Source of the DNA: a virus
Lineage: Duplodnaviria; Caudoviricetes
Length of the DNA stretch: 62,865 nt
Virus record (IMG/VR): IMGVR_UViG_3300011335_000874
Coordinates: 1 to 62,865 of that record
Direction: 5' to 3' (one strand)
In this document: positions 19,428-29,726 of the stretch, piece by piece
Layout of the letters: each line of letters begins with the position of its first letter
How positions within the stretch are numbered: position 1 is the stretch's first letter
The notes under the pieces: model-generated
What the model was told of the DNA's origin: nothing
What the model saw: only the letters and a program-made list of their open reading frames with translations
The model's database searches: none
Made by a program: the position numbers and the translations under genes

Positions 19428-20429
19428 ATGTCATCATTCAAAAGATTAAACAAGGCGGATGTTACTACAGTAGATTATTCTGCTAATAAACGATGGAATT
19501 TTTCCTTTACCTCAACAGCTACAGGAAGTATAACATTCTATAGAGGTACCAATCAATCTTTTAGTATAGGTGAATCAACTATTAATGGAGAATATCCATC
19601 ATTAGTGTATAGCTCTATTAATCATTTATTTTACCAATCCTATACAGGAAGTTTAAATACAGGTTCATTAATGTTTAATGTAAACACTTATGAATCTGCT
19701 TCTAGCAATCGCCCAACTTCTTCTTACTTTATATATAATGCTAACCCATTATTAATTAAACAGTTCCCAACAGGAGCTAGTGAAACTATTAATGTATTAG
19801 GTGTTGATCAAAAAGTATTTGGTTCCAAAGTATTACCAAATAGTATTAATATATCATCCTCTGGCTTAATTATAAGAGATGATGGATATGGAAATTTATA
19901 TGATATTAGTGGAATAGAAGATGATTATATTAATTTATCATATATCACTAACCAATATTTTGTTGATGCTACCCCAGATGGAGTAAAATTTGTAGGAAAC
20001 GTATTTTATGCTCATGGATTAATAGTACTAACTAACCAATCCTCTTCATATCAAAATCTATTATCTAATACCTTTTCATCTACAGCTAATGTATCTTTTC
20101 AAAATGAATACATTGTTTATGAAAATGAAGTTCGATGTATAGTACGTGAAAGTGATTTTAATTTATCATACAACCCAACATTATTAAAATACGGAAACAA
20201 ATATATAGTACCTATATCAGGTAGTGCTAGCAATGGATATACAACAACAGGTTCCTTTGATAATACAACTGTTAAAGATTTTGCTACTGGATCAGTATTT
20301 CAACCTTATGTCACAACAATAGGTTTATATAATGATGACAATGAATTATTAATGGTTGCTAAATTAGGTAAACCAATAATGTTATCGCCAGACACAGATA
20401 TGACTTTTATTGTTAAATACGATACATAA
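19428..20429 (+). CDS. baseplate/tail-collar structural protein, paralog of 18441-19424
   Basis: C-terminal VTTIGLYNDDNELLMVAKLGKP; FNxxxNP motif shared. Confidence 0.6.
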   Translation: MSSFKRLNKADVTTVDYSANKRWNFSFTSTATGSITFYRGTNQSFSIGESTINGEYPSLVYSSINHLFYQSYTGSLNTGSLMFNVNTYESASSNRPTSSYFIYNANPLLIKQFPTGASETINVLGVDQKVFGSKVLPNSINISSSGLIIRDDGYGNLYDISGIEDDYINLSYITNQYFVDATPDGVKFVGNVFYAHGLIVLTNQSSSYQNLLSNTFSSTANVSFQNEYIVYENEVRCIVRESDFNLSYNPTLLKYGNKYIVPISGSASNGYTTTGSFDNTTVKDFATGSVFQPYVTTIGLYNDDNELLMVAKLGKPIMLSPDTDMTFIVKYDT

Positions 20430-21100
20430 TGATAAAATTAGTAACCATATTAAAAGAAATGGCTATCTCAAATGCTTGGTCAGGGGAGAAGGGAAAGTTA
20501 GGAGCGGAAACTGATACAGTAATAAAGGCAGCTACAGCAATGGGATTAGATAACCCTGTACTTTGGAGAGGAACAAGAGGAGTAAAAGTACCAGGTCAAC
20601 GCACATCAGTTATACAGCGTATTATGCGTATAACTCCTAGAGAGAATCCATCGTTTAGAGGTGGACATGAAAACGCAAAGAAAATATTACAACTACTTGG
20701 AATAAACCAACCTATATTTGCTCATTTTGATAGAGCAATGACAGAGTTTTTTGGAACACCATGTGTTATAGTACTGGAACAACCATATATAATGTATCAA
20801 TCATCAAAAATTGATGATATAATGGCAGGTACAAGTAATTGGGAAACTGAATATACACAGAGTAATAGTGGTACATTAGGAAGTAGCAAATTTAAAGAAA
20901 AAACAGAACAAGATCTTCAAGATACCGCTAATACGTATAAACAAATAAATGGCAAATCAGAATATAATACTGAAAGTGGCAGTCCAAGAGAGGTTATAGT
21001 TGATGCTACAAACTATTGGGCTATACCTTGTGGATCTGAAATTAAAACATACGGTGATTTAGTAGATTTATTAGAATCATATAAAACTAAATTTGCATGA
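20429..21100 (+). CDS. MIKL-tagged protein, ADP-ribosyltransferase-like
   Basis: MIKLVTILKE; VLWRG and a late REVIV resemble ART catalytic strands. Confidence 0.4.
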   Translation: MIKLVTILKEMAISNAWSGEKGKLGAETDTVIKAATAMGLDNPVLWRGTRGVKVPGQRTSVIQRIMRITPRENPSFRGGHENAKKILQLLGINQPIFAHFDRAMTEFFGTPCVIVLEQPYIMYQSSKIDDIMAGTSNWETEYTQSNSGTLGSSKFKEKTEQDLQDTANTYKQINGKSEYNTESGSPREVIVDATNYWAIPCGSEIKTYGDLVDLLESYKTKFA

Positions 21101-21750
21101 TCAAGTTAGTAGACATATTAAACGAACTAAATATCCAGTCTAAACTTAAATTAGGAACAGGAAGTACATATACCACGTATCCCTCATCATTGCAACCAGA
21201 TAAAGTTATTAAAATCTTAAATGATGAAGATGAAGGAAGTCTTGATGAACATTATTATTTATTCATTAAATATCCTAAATATTTTCCTATAGTATATAAG
21301 AAGACAGATAAATATATGGTTCTTGAAAAATTAAATACTCAAGTAGTTAGAGATTATAATAATAAAATTATAAAATTAGCTAAAGAAAAATTAACACTTG
21401 AAAATCCTGAATTACCTGAAGGTATTAGAGCAGAATATATCAAAACTCCACATTTTCAAAAAGGCGCAACTTTAGCTAAAATGCCTATAGAATATTACCT
21501 TGAATTTCTAGACCCAGAAAAAACACAATACACAGACTTAGGTGATTTAGATGATATTAATTGGTTAGTTAAACAAGATCCTGAATTAGCTCGTATTACT
21601 AAAGAATTACATGAACTAGAAGAAACAGTTTACCAAATTTTACAAAAAGAAGGTATTGAAGGAAATGGAGAAGGAGGCCGCCCAGATACGGCTGGATATA
21701 ATAATATAGGAATGGATACTCAGGGTAATTTTAAATTTTTAGATTTTTAA
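21097..21750 (+). CDS. MIKL-tagged protein kinase-like protein
   Basis: LGTGSTYTTY Gly-loop, VIKI, MVLEKL hinge, D...NNIG, FLDF. Confidence 0.7.
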   Translation: MIKLVDILNELNIQSKLKLGTGSTYTTYPSSLQPDKVIKILNDEDEGSLDEHYYLFIKYPKYFPIVYKKTDKYMVLEKLNTQVVRDYNNKIIKLAKEKLTLENPELPEGIRAEYIKTPHFQKGATLAKMPIEYYLEFLDPEKTQYTDLGDLDDINWLVKQDPELARITKELHELEETVYQILQKEGIEGNGEGGRPDTAGYNNIGMDTQGNFKFLDF

Positions 21751-21766
21751 TTAAAAATAAGTTATT

Positions 21767-22207
21767 ATGAATTGGTTATATCAATACGTCCCACTACGGG
21801 ATGATTTTACTACGAGCGATTATGGTTTTATTTATAAAATCACTAATTTAGAGACAAATAAATTTTACATTGGTAAAAAATCATTTGTCCACAACAAGAA
21901 GAAAAAACTCACCAAAAAAGAAATAGCTGAACAAACAGGTCCTGGACGTCGTTCCACTACCAAAGTAGAACAAATCGATAGCGGTTGGCGTAATTACTGG
22001 GGTTCATCTAAAGAATTATTAGCTGATGTTAAATTACTAGGTAAAGATAAATTTGAACGTGAAATACTAAAGTTCTGTCCTACTAAAAAACAACAAACAT
22101 ATTACGAAGTACATTACCAAATACAATACTCAGTATTGTTTATTGATAGTTACAATGATAATATACAAGGACGTTTTTTTAGAAAAGATTTTGTTACGGC
22201 AGAATAA
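21767..22207 (+). CDS. GIY-YIG nuclease family protein
   Basis: GFIYKITN...FYIGKK, YWGSS, FEREIL, YNDNI. Confidence 0.85.
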   Translation: MNWLYQYVPLRDDFTTSDYGFIYKITNLETNKFYIGKKSFVHNKKKKLTKKEIAEQTGPGRRSTTKVEQIDSGWRNYWGSSKELLADVKLLGKDKFEREILKFCPTKKQQTYYEVHYQIQYSVLFIDSYNDNIQGRFFRKDFVTAE

Positions 22208-22220
22208 TTTCGTATCTTAT
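22190..22220 (+). promoter_or_regulatory. Bacteroidota-type promoter for primase
   Basis: TTTG-N19-TATCTTAT, GGCA at 22198. Confidence 0.6.
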
Positions 22221-22225
22221 GCATT

Positions 22226-23164
22226 ATGGAAAATGCTGCTCTTCTAATTTTACTGGAATCTGTTTTAGGTACTAGCAATAAAACTAGTCGGGGCAATTAC
22301 TCATTTAAATGTCCGTTTTGTAACCACCATAAGAATAAACTCGAAATCAACTGCATAACAAACGCAAAAAGCGAGAATCCTTGGCATTGTTGGGTGTGTG
22401 AGGCAAAAGGTAAAACCATTAGATCTCTTTTTAAAAGCGCTAAAGTAGCCGCTAATAAAGTAGCTGAACTAAATATGATTATAGCTCCTGGTAAGGATGT
22501 AGATAAACATATTGTATCTACTGTTTTAGAGCTACCTAAAGAATTTATATCACTAACATCTATTGTTGAAAATAAGATTACCACTATTGAATCAAAACAC
22601 GCTATTAAATTTTTACGCAAGCGTGGTATAACACCTGAAGATATTATTAAATATAATATTGGATTTTGTAATGATGGTCCATATAAAGATAGAGTTATAA
22701 TTCCATCATATGATGAAAATGGTATTGTAAATTACTTTATTGCTAGAGCATATAAAGATGGACCACAAAAATATAAAAATCCTCCTGCTGATGCTAAGTC
22801 TGCTATTGGTTGGGAGTTATATATAAATTGGGACGCACCCATCATACTTGTTGAAGGTATGTTTGATGCACTAACAATTAAACGAAACGTCATCCCCTTA
22901 TTTGGGAAAATTATTCACGAGAAGCTAATGAAAAAATTAGTCCGTTCATCAGTCAATAGAATCTATATTGCTCTTGACCCTGATGCTATTAAAAATGCTT
23001 TTAAATACTGCGAAGAACTAATGTCGTATGGTAAAGAAGTATACTTAGTAGAATTAGATGGTAAAGATGCTAATGAAATTGGATTTGAGAGGTTTTTAAA
23101 CATCATTGAAGAAACAAAACCACTTACATTCCAGAGCATATTGGCTAAAAAACTACAATTATGA
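22226..23164 (+). CDS. DNA primase (Zn ribbon plus TOPRIM)
   Basis: CPFC...CWVC, KYKNP, LVEGMFDA, ALDPDA, KDANE. Confidence 0.92.
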   Translation: MENAALLILLESVLGTSNKTSRGNYSFKCPFCNHHKNKLEINCITNAKSENPWHCWVCEAKGKTIRSLFKSAKVAANKVAELNMIIAPGKDVDKHIVSTVLELPKEFISLTSIVENKITTIESKHAIKFLRKRGITPEDIIKYNIGFCNDGPYKDRVIIPSYDENGIVNYFIARAYKDGPQKYKNPPADAKSAIGWELYINWDAPIILVEGMFDALTIKRNVIPLFGKIIHEKLMKKLVRSSVNRIYIALDPDAIKNAFKYCEELMSYGKEVYLVELDGKDANEIGFERFLNIIEETKPLTFQSILAKKLQL

Positions 23165-23949
23165 TTGATAAACACGCAAACATTATTAAAGATCCAAAAA
23201 TTAAACGCCTTGTAGAATACAAAGAAGGTGACAAACAAGTTAATATTTTGGACTCTAGATTTTACCGTAGAGATAGTAAATACTATCCATCAGTAACATC
23301 AGTATTGAATTATTTCCCTAAAAACCAATTTTTCCATAGTTGGTTAAAAGACGTTGGACACAACGCAGACATCATTGCTTCTAAAGCAGCAAATGAAGGT
23401 ACACAAGTACACAATGCTATTGAACAGTTTCTTAATGGGGCTGAAATACAATGGATTGATGAATATGGTAAGGCACAATATTCCTTAGATGTTTGGAAAA
23501 TGATATTGAAATTTGCTGATTTTTGGAATACCCATAAACCAGAGTTAATATCAACTGAATATCATTTATTCTCAGATGCACATGCATATGCTGGAACAGC
23601 CGATTTAATTGTTAGAATTGATGGTAAATTATGGTTATTGGATATTAAAACATCTAATTCATTACATACTAGCTATGGATTACAATTATCAGCTTATGCT
23701 ATAGCTTGGAGTGAAACACATAGTGATCCTATTGAAAGAACAGGAGTATTATGGTTAAAAGCATCTACTCGTACTACTGGTAAAGATGGTAAAATACAAG
23801 GTAAAGGATGGGAACTAAAGGAATATAGTAAGATTTTATCAAACTTTACTATGTTTAAAAACATATATGAAATATATAAGCTTGAAAATCCTGAATTTAA
23901 ACCACACACAGAGATATTACCAATCAGCATTAAGATAGCAACAAGCTAA
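23161..23949 (+). CDS. PD-(D/E)XK exonuclease (Cas4-like fold)
   Basis: PSVTSVL, GTQVHNAIE, AGTADL, LDIKTS, LQLSAY. Confidence 0.88.
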   Translation: MIDKHANIIKDPKIKRLVEYKEGDKQVNILDSRFYRRDSKYYPSVTSVLNYFPKNQFFHSWLKDVGHNADIIASKAANEGTQVHNAIEQFLNGAEIQWIDEYGKAQYSLDVWKMILKFADFWNTHKPELISTEYHLFSDAHAYAGTADLIVRIDGKLWLLDIKTSNSLHTSYGLQLSAYAIAWSETHSDPIERTGVLWLKASTRTTGKDGKIQGKGWELKEYSKILSNFTMFKNIYEIYKLENPEFKPHTEILPISIKIATS

Positions 23950-23974
23950 TATTTATAGATATATTAGACTGTAT

Positions 23975-24946
23975 ATGATTAAATTAATTAGTATTGTAAA
24001 GCAAATATTGATGGAGGGTGGTAACGTATTCGGTACCACCACCTCCATTGAAAAAGCGAATATTGAACCTACTATAGAAAAATTTGTAGGACAATTATCT
24101 AAAATATTTCCCGCTAAAGCATCCACATTTAACTCATTTGAAAAACTAGGATCAGCAGGTAAAAAAGATATATCTGGCGATATAGACTTATCGTATGATA
24201 TTAAAAATTTATTTCCTGATGGTAAAACACCTGACTTTAAGGGATGGGGTATAGATGAGCAAAAATATAACGAATTAGTAGCTCAATTTGCAAAACGTGC
24301 TAGAAATGCATCTCCTGAAAAAATACAATTGAGAGCTATGATTGTATTAATTGGTGAAAAAATCAATAATGCCCTACCAGATGTTGAAGTGGATGATAAA
24401 GCATCAGGATCCGGCTCTATATTTTGTGCTATACCACAATACGACCCATCAGGTAAAAAATTAGATAAAGCAGTACAAACCGACATTAATATAGGTAATC
24501 CTGGCTGGTTACGTTTTAGCTACTACTCACATTCATACGCAGGTAATGTTAAAGGATTACATCGTACACAATTGATGTTGGCCTTATTTTCAAATAAAGG
24601 TAAAACATTTGGTCATAGTACAGGTGTTGTTGATAAAGAAACAGGTGAAAGAGAAGCATCCACTCCACAAGAAGCAATTGCATTATTAAATAAATTATAT
24701 GGTTTTAGTTTAACTCAAGATATACTAGATGATTACTTTAAGTTAGAAGATTTTATAAAGAAAAATATATCTACTGAAGAGTATAATAGTATTATGGATA
24801 GATATCTTAAAATATTAGACTCAACACGAGCAGACATACCAGATAATTTACAGCAATATTGGATTGATAATCAAGATAGATTGGGGTTAAAGGGTAAATT
24901 TTTACCTGATACATCTAATTTAACACAATATAAAAAAGAAGCATAA
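23975..24946 (+). CDS. MIKL-tagged Pol-beta superfamily nucleotidyltransferase
   Basis: LGSAGKKDISGDIDL plus third Asp in VQTDI; late motif at 23949. Confidence 0.75.
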   Translation: MIKLISIVKQILMEGGNVFGTTTSIEKANIEPTIEKFVGQLSKIFPAKASTFNSFEKLGSAGKKDISGDIDLSYDIKNLFPDGKTPDFKGWGIDEQKYNELVAQFAKRARNASPEKIQLRAMIVLIGEKINNALPDVEVDDKASGSGSIFCAIPQYDPSGKKLDKAVQTDINIGNPGWLRFSYYSHSYAGNVKGLHRTQLMLALFSNKGKTFGHSTGVVDKETGEREASTPQEAIALLNKLYGFSLTQDILDDYFKLEDFIKKNISTEEYNSIMDRYLKILDSTRADIPDNLQQYWIDNQDRLGLKGKFLPDTSNLTQYKKEA

Positions 24947-27900
24947 TGTCAGGATCAGCAGGTGGAAATAGAATACCAAGAGCAGCTGTTGAAAAAACAG
25001 TTCAAGAATATATACAAAAAGTATTATCTAAATTCCCTTCATTTAAGGGAGCTAAAATATCAGGATCATACAATACTGGTACTAAATCAGATTTTGGTGA
25101 TATTGATTTAATTGTTCAATTAGATAGTGAAGATAAGAAAAATATTAAAGCAGAATTAGCAAAATACGTATCATCTCTATCAGATGACGTAATAGTACCT
25201 TTTAAGAGCGACAAATACAAAGGTAAAAAATTTCTTAACACAGGTGAAATTATTACTATATTATATCCAATAACGGGTATGCCTGGTAATTTTGTTCAAA
25301 TAGATAATATTGTTTCAATAAGTGATAAGGAAGCAGAATTTAAGAAAGAATTTTTAGATTATCCTGCTGAAATACAAGGACTATTATTAGGATTAGCTAA
25401 AGTAGCTTGTTTAGAAGAAGATCCACAAGCTATATTTGCTCGTATGGGTATTAAAAATGTACCTGCACTTGAACCGAACCAAGAATATGAATTTAATTTA
25501 TCTAGTAGTGGGTTAACCTTACGTATTGTAACATTAGATAATTTTAAAGAGACTGATAGAACAGATGTATGGAAAACTAGTGATTGGTCTAATATTAAAA
25601 AATTATTTACTAATTATAAAATAGATGATACATTTGAAGAATTATTAAGTGATGTATCCGCTAAATTAACAAATATTCGTTCTAAAAATCGCGTTAAAGG
25701 TATATTTAATTCTATGGTATCCATTAAAAGTGGTGAAGTAGGTACACCTAAAGGCGATAATAAACAAAAATCATTAGATAAGGTGAATACAACATTAAAC
25801 GAAACTAATCTAGGACGATACCTAGCTAGCTTAATATTAGAAGCAGAAGATCAACCTGAACAAACAATAGCATTGTTCCCAGGAGCATTTAAACCACCAC
25901 ATAAAGGTCACGTTGATGTAGTTCAAAAGCTATTAAAAGGATCTGATCAAGTAGTAGTACTTGTATCACCAAAAACACGTGAAGGTATCACATCAGATGA
26001 AAGTGTTGCTGTTTGGAACCTATATAAAGATAAAGGTTTATTTGATGGGTCAGTTGAAATTAAAGTATCACCTGTAACACCTGTTGGTGAAGTATTTGAT
26101 GTTGTTAAAGAAAATCCTGATACTGAATTTCGTGTAGCATTTGGTAAAGGCGAAATTGATCGCTATAAGAATATTGAACGATTCCCTAATGTAAAAGTAT
26201 TTGACGCGGGGGAAATAGAGGGTGTTAGTGCAACTAATTTACGTATGGTATTAGCTCAAAAAGATGAAGACAAAATAGCTGAATATCTTCCTGATGGAGT
26301 ATCAGTAGATGAATTTTTAATGGCTTTAAATGCTAAACCTGAAGAACAACCTGAAGAACAACCAGAAGAAGAAACACCAACTACGCCACCAACTGAACAA
26401 CCACAACCAGAACAACCATTACAAGAATCACCACCAATTAATTTTGATGAATCACCATATCAAGATTATGTAATGCAAAATCAAGATAAAATAGAAAAAG
26501 CAGCTGCTGTATTTAATCTACCAATACCCGATATGGATTATGCTTTTGATAGTGGTGATGAAGTAGTATTAAATGATGACATATGGTCTAAGTTAGAGAA
26601 TAGTAAGTCATATAAAATGAAGACATTAGATGATGCTATTCAACATGCTCTAAAATTAGGTATTAATCCAAAACCATATATTGATCAAATTAAAGCTGGT
26701 AAGGATATGCCATTACCCCTTGTATTGTGTTATGGACAGGATAAGTATTATTTGGTAGGTGGAGAAGTGGTATTATCATTATATAAAGCATTAGGTTCAA
26801 TTCCTACTGTATTACAGGGTACATTAAATCTACAAACTAAACAATTACATCAACCTACTTCTCTTGGAGAAGGGTTGATTAGAGAATATTCGGTTGGTAT
26901 TATTAATAAACTGATACAGAAATTCAAACAAGAAGATTCTGAATTGACTGATGATGAAATAAAAAAAGTAATCAAACGTTTTGATCAGATAAAGGATAAT
27001 GTAGAACAAAAAGACATATTAAAATATACTTGGGATGATTTAGTAGATGTAGCAATATCAAATGAACCTAAACGTATCAAGGCAGGTAAGATAAATGATG
27101 GTACTGTAGATAACGCAAACTTGGTTTACAACCAAAATGGTCTTAGAGTATATAAAGGTGGAGATAAAAAATCATGTATAAGGTATGGCCATGGGTATAC
27201 ATTTTGCATATCAGCTCGTGGGACAGGAAATGCATATGGTCGATATAGAGCAGGTGATGACGAAACTAGTCCATCATTAGCCTATTTTGTATTTGATGAT
27301 AAGAGACCTAGTGGGAAAATGAATAATGATAAATTTATAGATAATACTCATCTATTAGTAGTAATGGCTGAAGAGGGTGAATATGGTGGTTATTTCATTA
27401 CAGAAGCAGATAATTCTGTTAGTGATTGGTATGAAAATTTTGAAGAAGCAGTAGAAATGTATCCTCAACTTAAAGGACTAGAAAACATATTAAAATATGA
27501 ACTACCAGCTAAGGATGATATTGATATTAGTGTTTATAATATAGAACAAGAAAAAGAAGAGGCTTTAGATAATTATTTTTATAAAGACCCCCCAGAGAGT
27601 GGAATGTTTTTTGTAGAACCAGATCAAGCAATTGCTCTTTTAAAAGGTTCTTTAAAATTATTTAAATATCGATTAACTGACACACTAAATAAAAATCTTT
27701 ATGACCCTACAATTGTAGTATTAAATAATAAATCAGAAATGGAGAGTTATGCTAGAGCAACAGAAGCCTCTTTAAATGCTGCTCGCCCAACTGCAAATGA
27801 TAAAGTTACAGTATCGTATGAAGAAATTCCTATTGATGATGAAATAAAAGCATACTTACAGGGAATGCTTAATTTAATAAGTCAATATGATAAAAAAATA

Positions 27901-28299
27901 GCTAGAGTAAAGTTACAATCATTAAAAGAAGGTTTAAATACACCAACCGATAAACAATTATTAAAAAAATTTATTGGTTTTGCTATTAAAGAATTAGGCA
28001 TACAAAAACCACCAACATCTCTTACACTGTCAAGAGATAATAATATGGCTAAATCAATGCATTCATTTGGTTCATTTGATCCTAATAACGATAAAATATG
28101 GTTATATGTTAAAAACCGTAACATGGCTGATTTGTTACGTACATTAGCACATGAATTAGTACATCGTAAGCAAGCTGAAGATGGTAGAATTGATTATAAT
28201 AGTGGTGAGACTGGTAGTGAAATTGAAAATGAAGCAAATGCACAAGCCGGTGTATTGTTAAGAAAATTCGGCAAACAAAACGAAGAAATATATCAATAA
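24946..28299 (+). CDS. multidomain protein: Pol-beta NTase + HIGH-type nucleotidyltransferase + ParB-like + unknown domain + HExxH metallopeptidase
   Basis: SGSYNTGTKSDFGDIDL/VQID; FPGAFKPPHKGH...VSATNLR; PLPLVL...YYLVGG; LRTLAHELVHRKQ...ENEANA. Confidence 0.75.
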   Translation: MSGSAGGNRIPRAAVEKTVQEYIQKVLSKFPSFKGAKISGSYNTGTKSDFGDIDLIVQLDSEDKKNIKAELAKYVSSLSDDVIVPFKSDKYKGKKFLNTGEIITILYPITGMPGNFVQIDNIVSISDKEAEFKKEFLDYPAEIQGLLLGLAKVACLEEDPQAIFARMGIKNVPALEPNQEYEFNLSSSGLTLRIVTLDNFKETDRTDVWKTSDWSNIKKLFTNYKIDDTFEELLSDVSAKLTNIRSKNRVKGIFNSMVSIKSGEVGTPKGDNKQKSLDKVNTTLNETNLGRYLASLILEAEDQPEQTIALFPGAFKPPHKGHVDVVQKLLKGSDQVVVLVSPKTREGITSDESVAVWNLYKDKGLFDGSVEIKVSPVTPVGEVFDVVKENPDTEFRVAFGKGEIDRYKNIERFPNVKVFDAGEIEGVSATNLRMVLAQKDEDKIAEYLPDGVSVDEFLMALNAKPEEQPEEQPEEETPTTPPTEQPQPEQPLQESPPINFDESPYQDYVMQNQDKIEKAAAVFNLPIPDMDYAFDSGDEVVLNDDIWSKLENSKSYKMKTLDDAIQHALKLGINPKPYIDQIKAGKDMPLPLVLCYGQDKYYLVGGEVVLSLYKALGSIPTVLQGTLNLQTKQLHQPTSLGEGLIREYSVGIINKLIQKFKQEDSELTDDEIKKVIKRFDQIKDNVEQKDILKYTWDDLVDVAISNEPKRIKAGKINDGTVDNANLVYNQNGLRVYKGGDKKSCIRYGHGYTFCISARGTGNAYGRYRAGDDETSPSLAYFVFDDKRPSGKMNNDKFIDNTHLLVVMAEEGEYGGYFITEADNSVSDWYENFEEAVEMYPQLKGLENILKYELPAKDDIDISVYNIEQEKEEALDNYFYKDPPESGMFFVEPDQAIALLKGSLKLFKYRLTDTLNKNLYDPTIVVLNNKSEMESYARATEASLNAARPTANDKVTVSYEEIPIDDEIKAYLQGMLNLISQYDKKIARVKLQSLKEGLNTPTDKQLLKKFIGFAIKELGIQKPPTSLTLSRDNNMAKSMHSFGSFDPNNDKIWLYVKNRNMADLLRTLAHELVHRKQAEDGRIDYNSGETGSEIENEANAQAGVLLRKFGKQNEEIYQ

Positions 28300-28793
28300 T
28301 GATAAAACTAATTGACATATTACGCGAAGCTAAACAGGTAGGACCACTATATCATTTTACTAATATTTCATTTTTAAATGATATACTTAAAACTGGATTA
28401 AAGTTCAAACCAGATAACTCCGGATTACCCCAATATAAAAATACATTCAATGTAGCTGTTACCAGGGATAAATCAGGGGAAGGGGTAATGGAATTTTTAT
28501 CTTTTGGAAAGGAATTTAATATTAGAATTAAGTTAGATGGGGATAAAATATCAGAACACTATAAGGTAGAACCAATCAATGTTGAAAATATATGGAATTA
28601 TGATATTGAAGATTATAAAAACTCGGAAGAGCGAATATCAACAAAATTCCCTTATTTCTTTGAAGAAAGAATAATATCAAAAAAATCAGGATATTTAAGT
28701 CCAAATTATATATCTCAAATCGACACTATAATACCTGAAGAAGATCTAGATGACGAATTTATAGGTAAAATTAATATTATTAATAAGTTTTAA
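28299..28793 (+). CDS. MIKL-tagged protein, ADP-ribosyltransferase-like
   Basis: LYHFT...ILKTGL...VAVTRD...FEERI fits an H-x-E type ART pattern. Confidence 0.5.
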   Translation: MIKLIDILREAKQVGPLYHFTNISFLNDILKTGLKFKPDNSGLPQYKNTFNVAVTRDKSGEGVMEFLSFGKEFNIRIKLDGDKISEHYKVEPINVENIWNYDIEDYKNSEERISTKFPYFFEERIISKKSGYLSPNYISQIDTIIPEEDLDDEFIGKINIINKF

Positions 28794-28810
28794 AAAATAA
28801 AATATAAGTT

Positions 28811-29392
28811 ATGAGCGATAATCTATTAAAACGCGAATTTAAGACACGCGACGTACAACGTATGCGTAACATCATTACCAAAAAAGCGGGTGATAAAACC
28901 GGCATACAGGTTGGATACAACGCTGATTATGTTGAACGCAAGGAAGGTGACGTTTGGGAAGAACGTAACAAAAAATGGACCATTAAAAACGGAATCAAAC
29001 AGACTGTAACACGTTTTGATGATATTAAGAAAAAAATATTCACACCCATTACATGTCCTAACTGTAACAAACCAATGAATAAAGGAAATATAGATAAATA
29101 TATGTTCTCTATCCATCAGAAATGTTCAGATTGCGTATTCGAATATGAAACCAAACTAAAGATTAGAGGTGAATATAAGGAATATGAGCAAAATATGATT
29201 AAACAAGGTGTTGTATATCATATTAAAGAAATGGAAAATGTGTTGTTAGAGTTACTTATGGGTCAATCGGGTGAATCATATGTTACTGAGGGTGGTGATA
29301 TTGAAGAATGGAAAGGTAAAAGTAATGACAATCAATTTATCAAAGACATACAAGAATATATTCAAAAGCTTAAGGATGCCGTAAATGGTTAA
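28811..29392 (+). CDS. Zn-ribbon hypothetical protein
   Basis: CPNC...CSDC. Confidence 0.7.
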   Translation: MSDNLLKREFKTRDVQRMRNIITKKAGDKTGIQVGYNADYVERKEGDVWEERNKKWTIKNGIKQTVTRFDDIKKKIFTPITCPNCNKPMNKGNIDKYMFSIHQKCSDCVFEYETKLKIRGEYKEYEQNMIKQGVVYHIKEMENVLLELLMGQSGESYVTEGGDIEEWKGKSNDNQFIKDIQEYIQKLKDAVNG

Positions 29393-29435
29393 TATTTATT
29401 AGTAAAGATATTTTATTAATAAAAGTTAAAGATCT

Positions 29436-29726
29436 ATGGAGAATAACGTCTGGACAGTATTAATTACTGCAATTACGGTTTTGGGGGGTAGTCAAGCGTT
29501 TCGTTTCTATGAGAGAAGAGCAATGCATAAAGAGAGGGACGAAGATTTTATTCGCCATGATTGCAAAGATCGTATATCCAAATTAGAAGCTCTACTAGAA
29601 GACTCAGCTAGAGAAAAAGATGAAATGAGATCATTAATAATCAAATTAACATCAGAAGTAGCTGAATTACGTGTTAAAGTTGAATACCTAACACAAGAAA
29701 ATACTAAACTAATTAAAGGTAAATGA
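29436..29726 (+). CDS. membrane-anchored coiled-coil protein (possible holin/lysis accessory)
   Basis: N-terminal hydrophobic helix; late motif at 29392; near endolysin. Confidence 0.45.
   Translation: MENNVWTVLITAITVLGGSQAFRFYERRAMHKERDEDFIRHDCKDRISKLEALLEDSAREKDEMRSLIIKLTSEVAELRVKVEYLTQENTKLIKGK

Noticed and set aside
23975-28299. Calling the NTase pair a CBASS system
   Set aside because: No recognisable Cap effector or Cap2/3 genes; Pol-beta motifs alone do not indicate a cyclase
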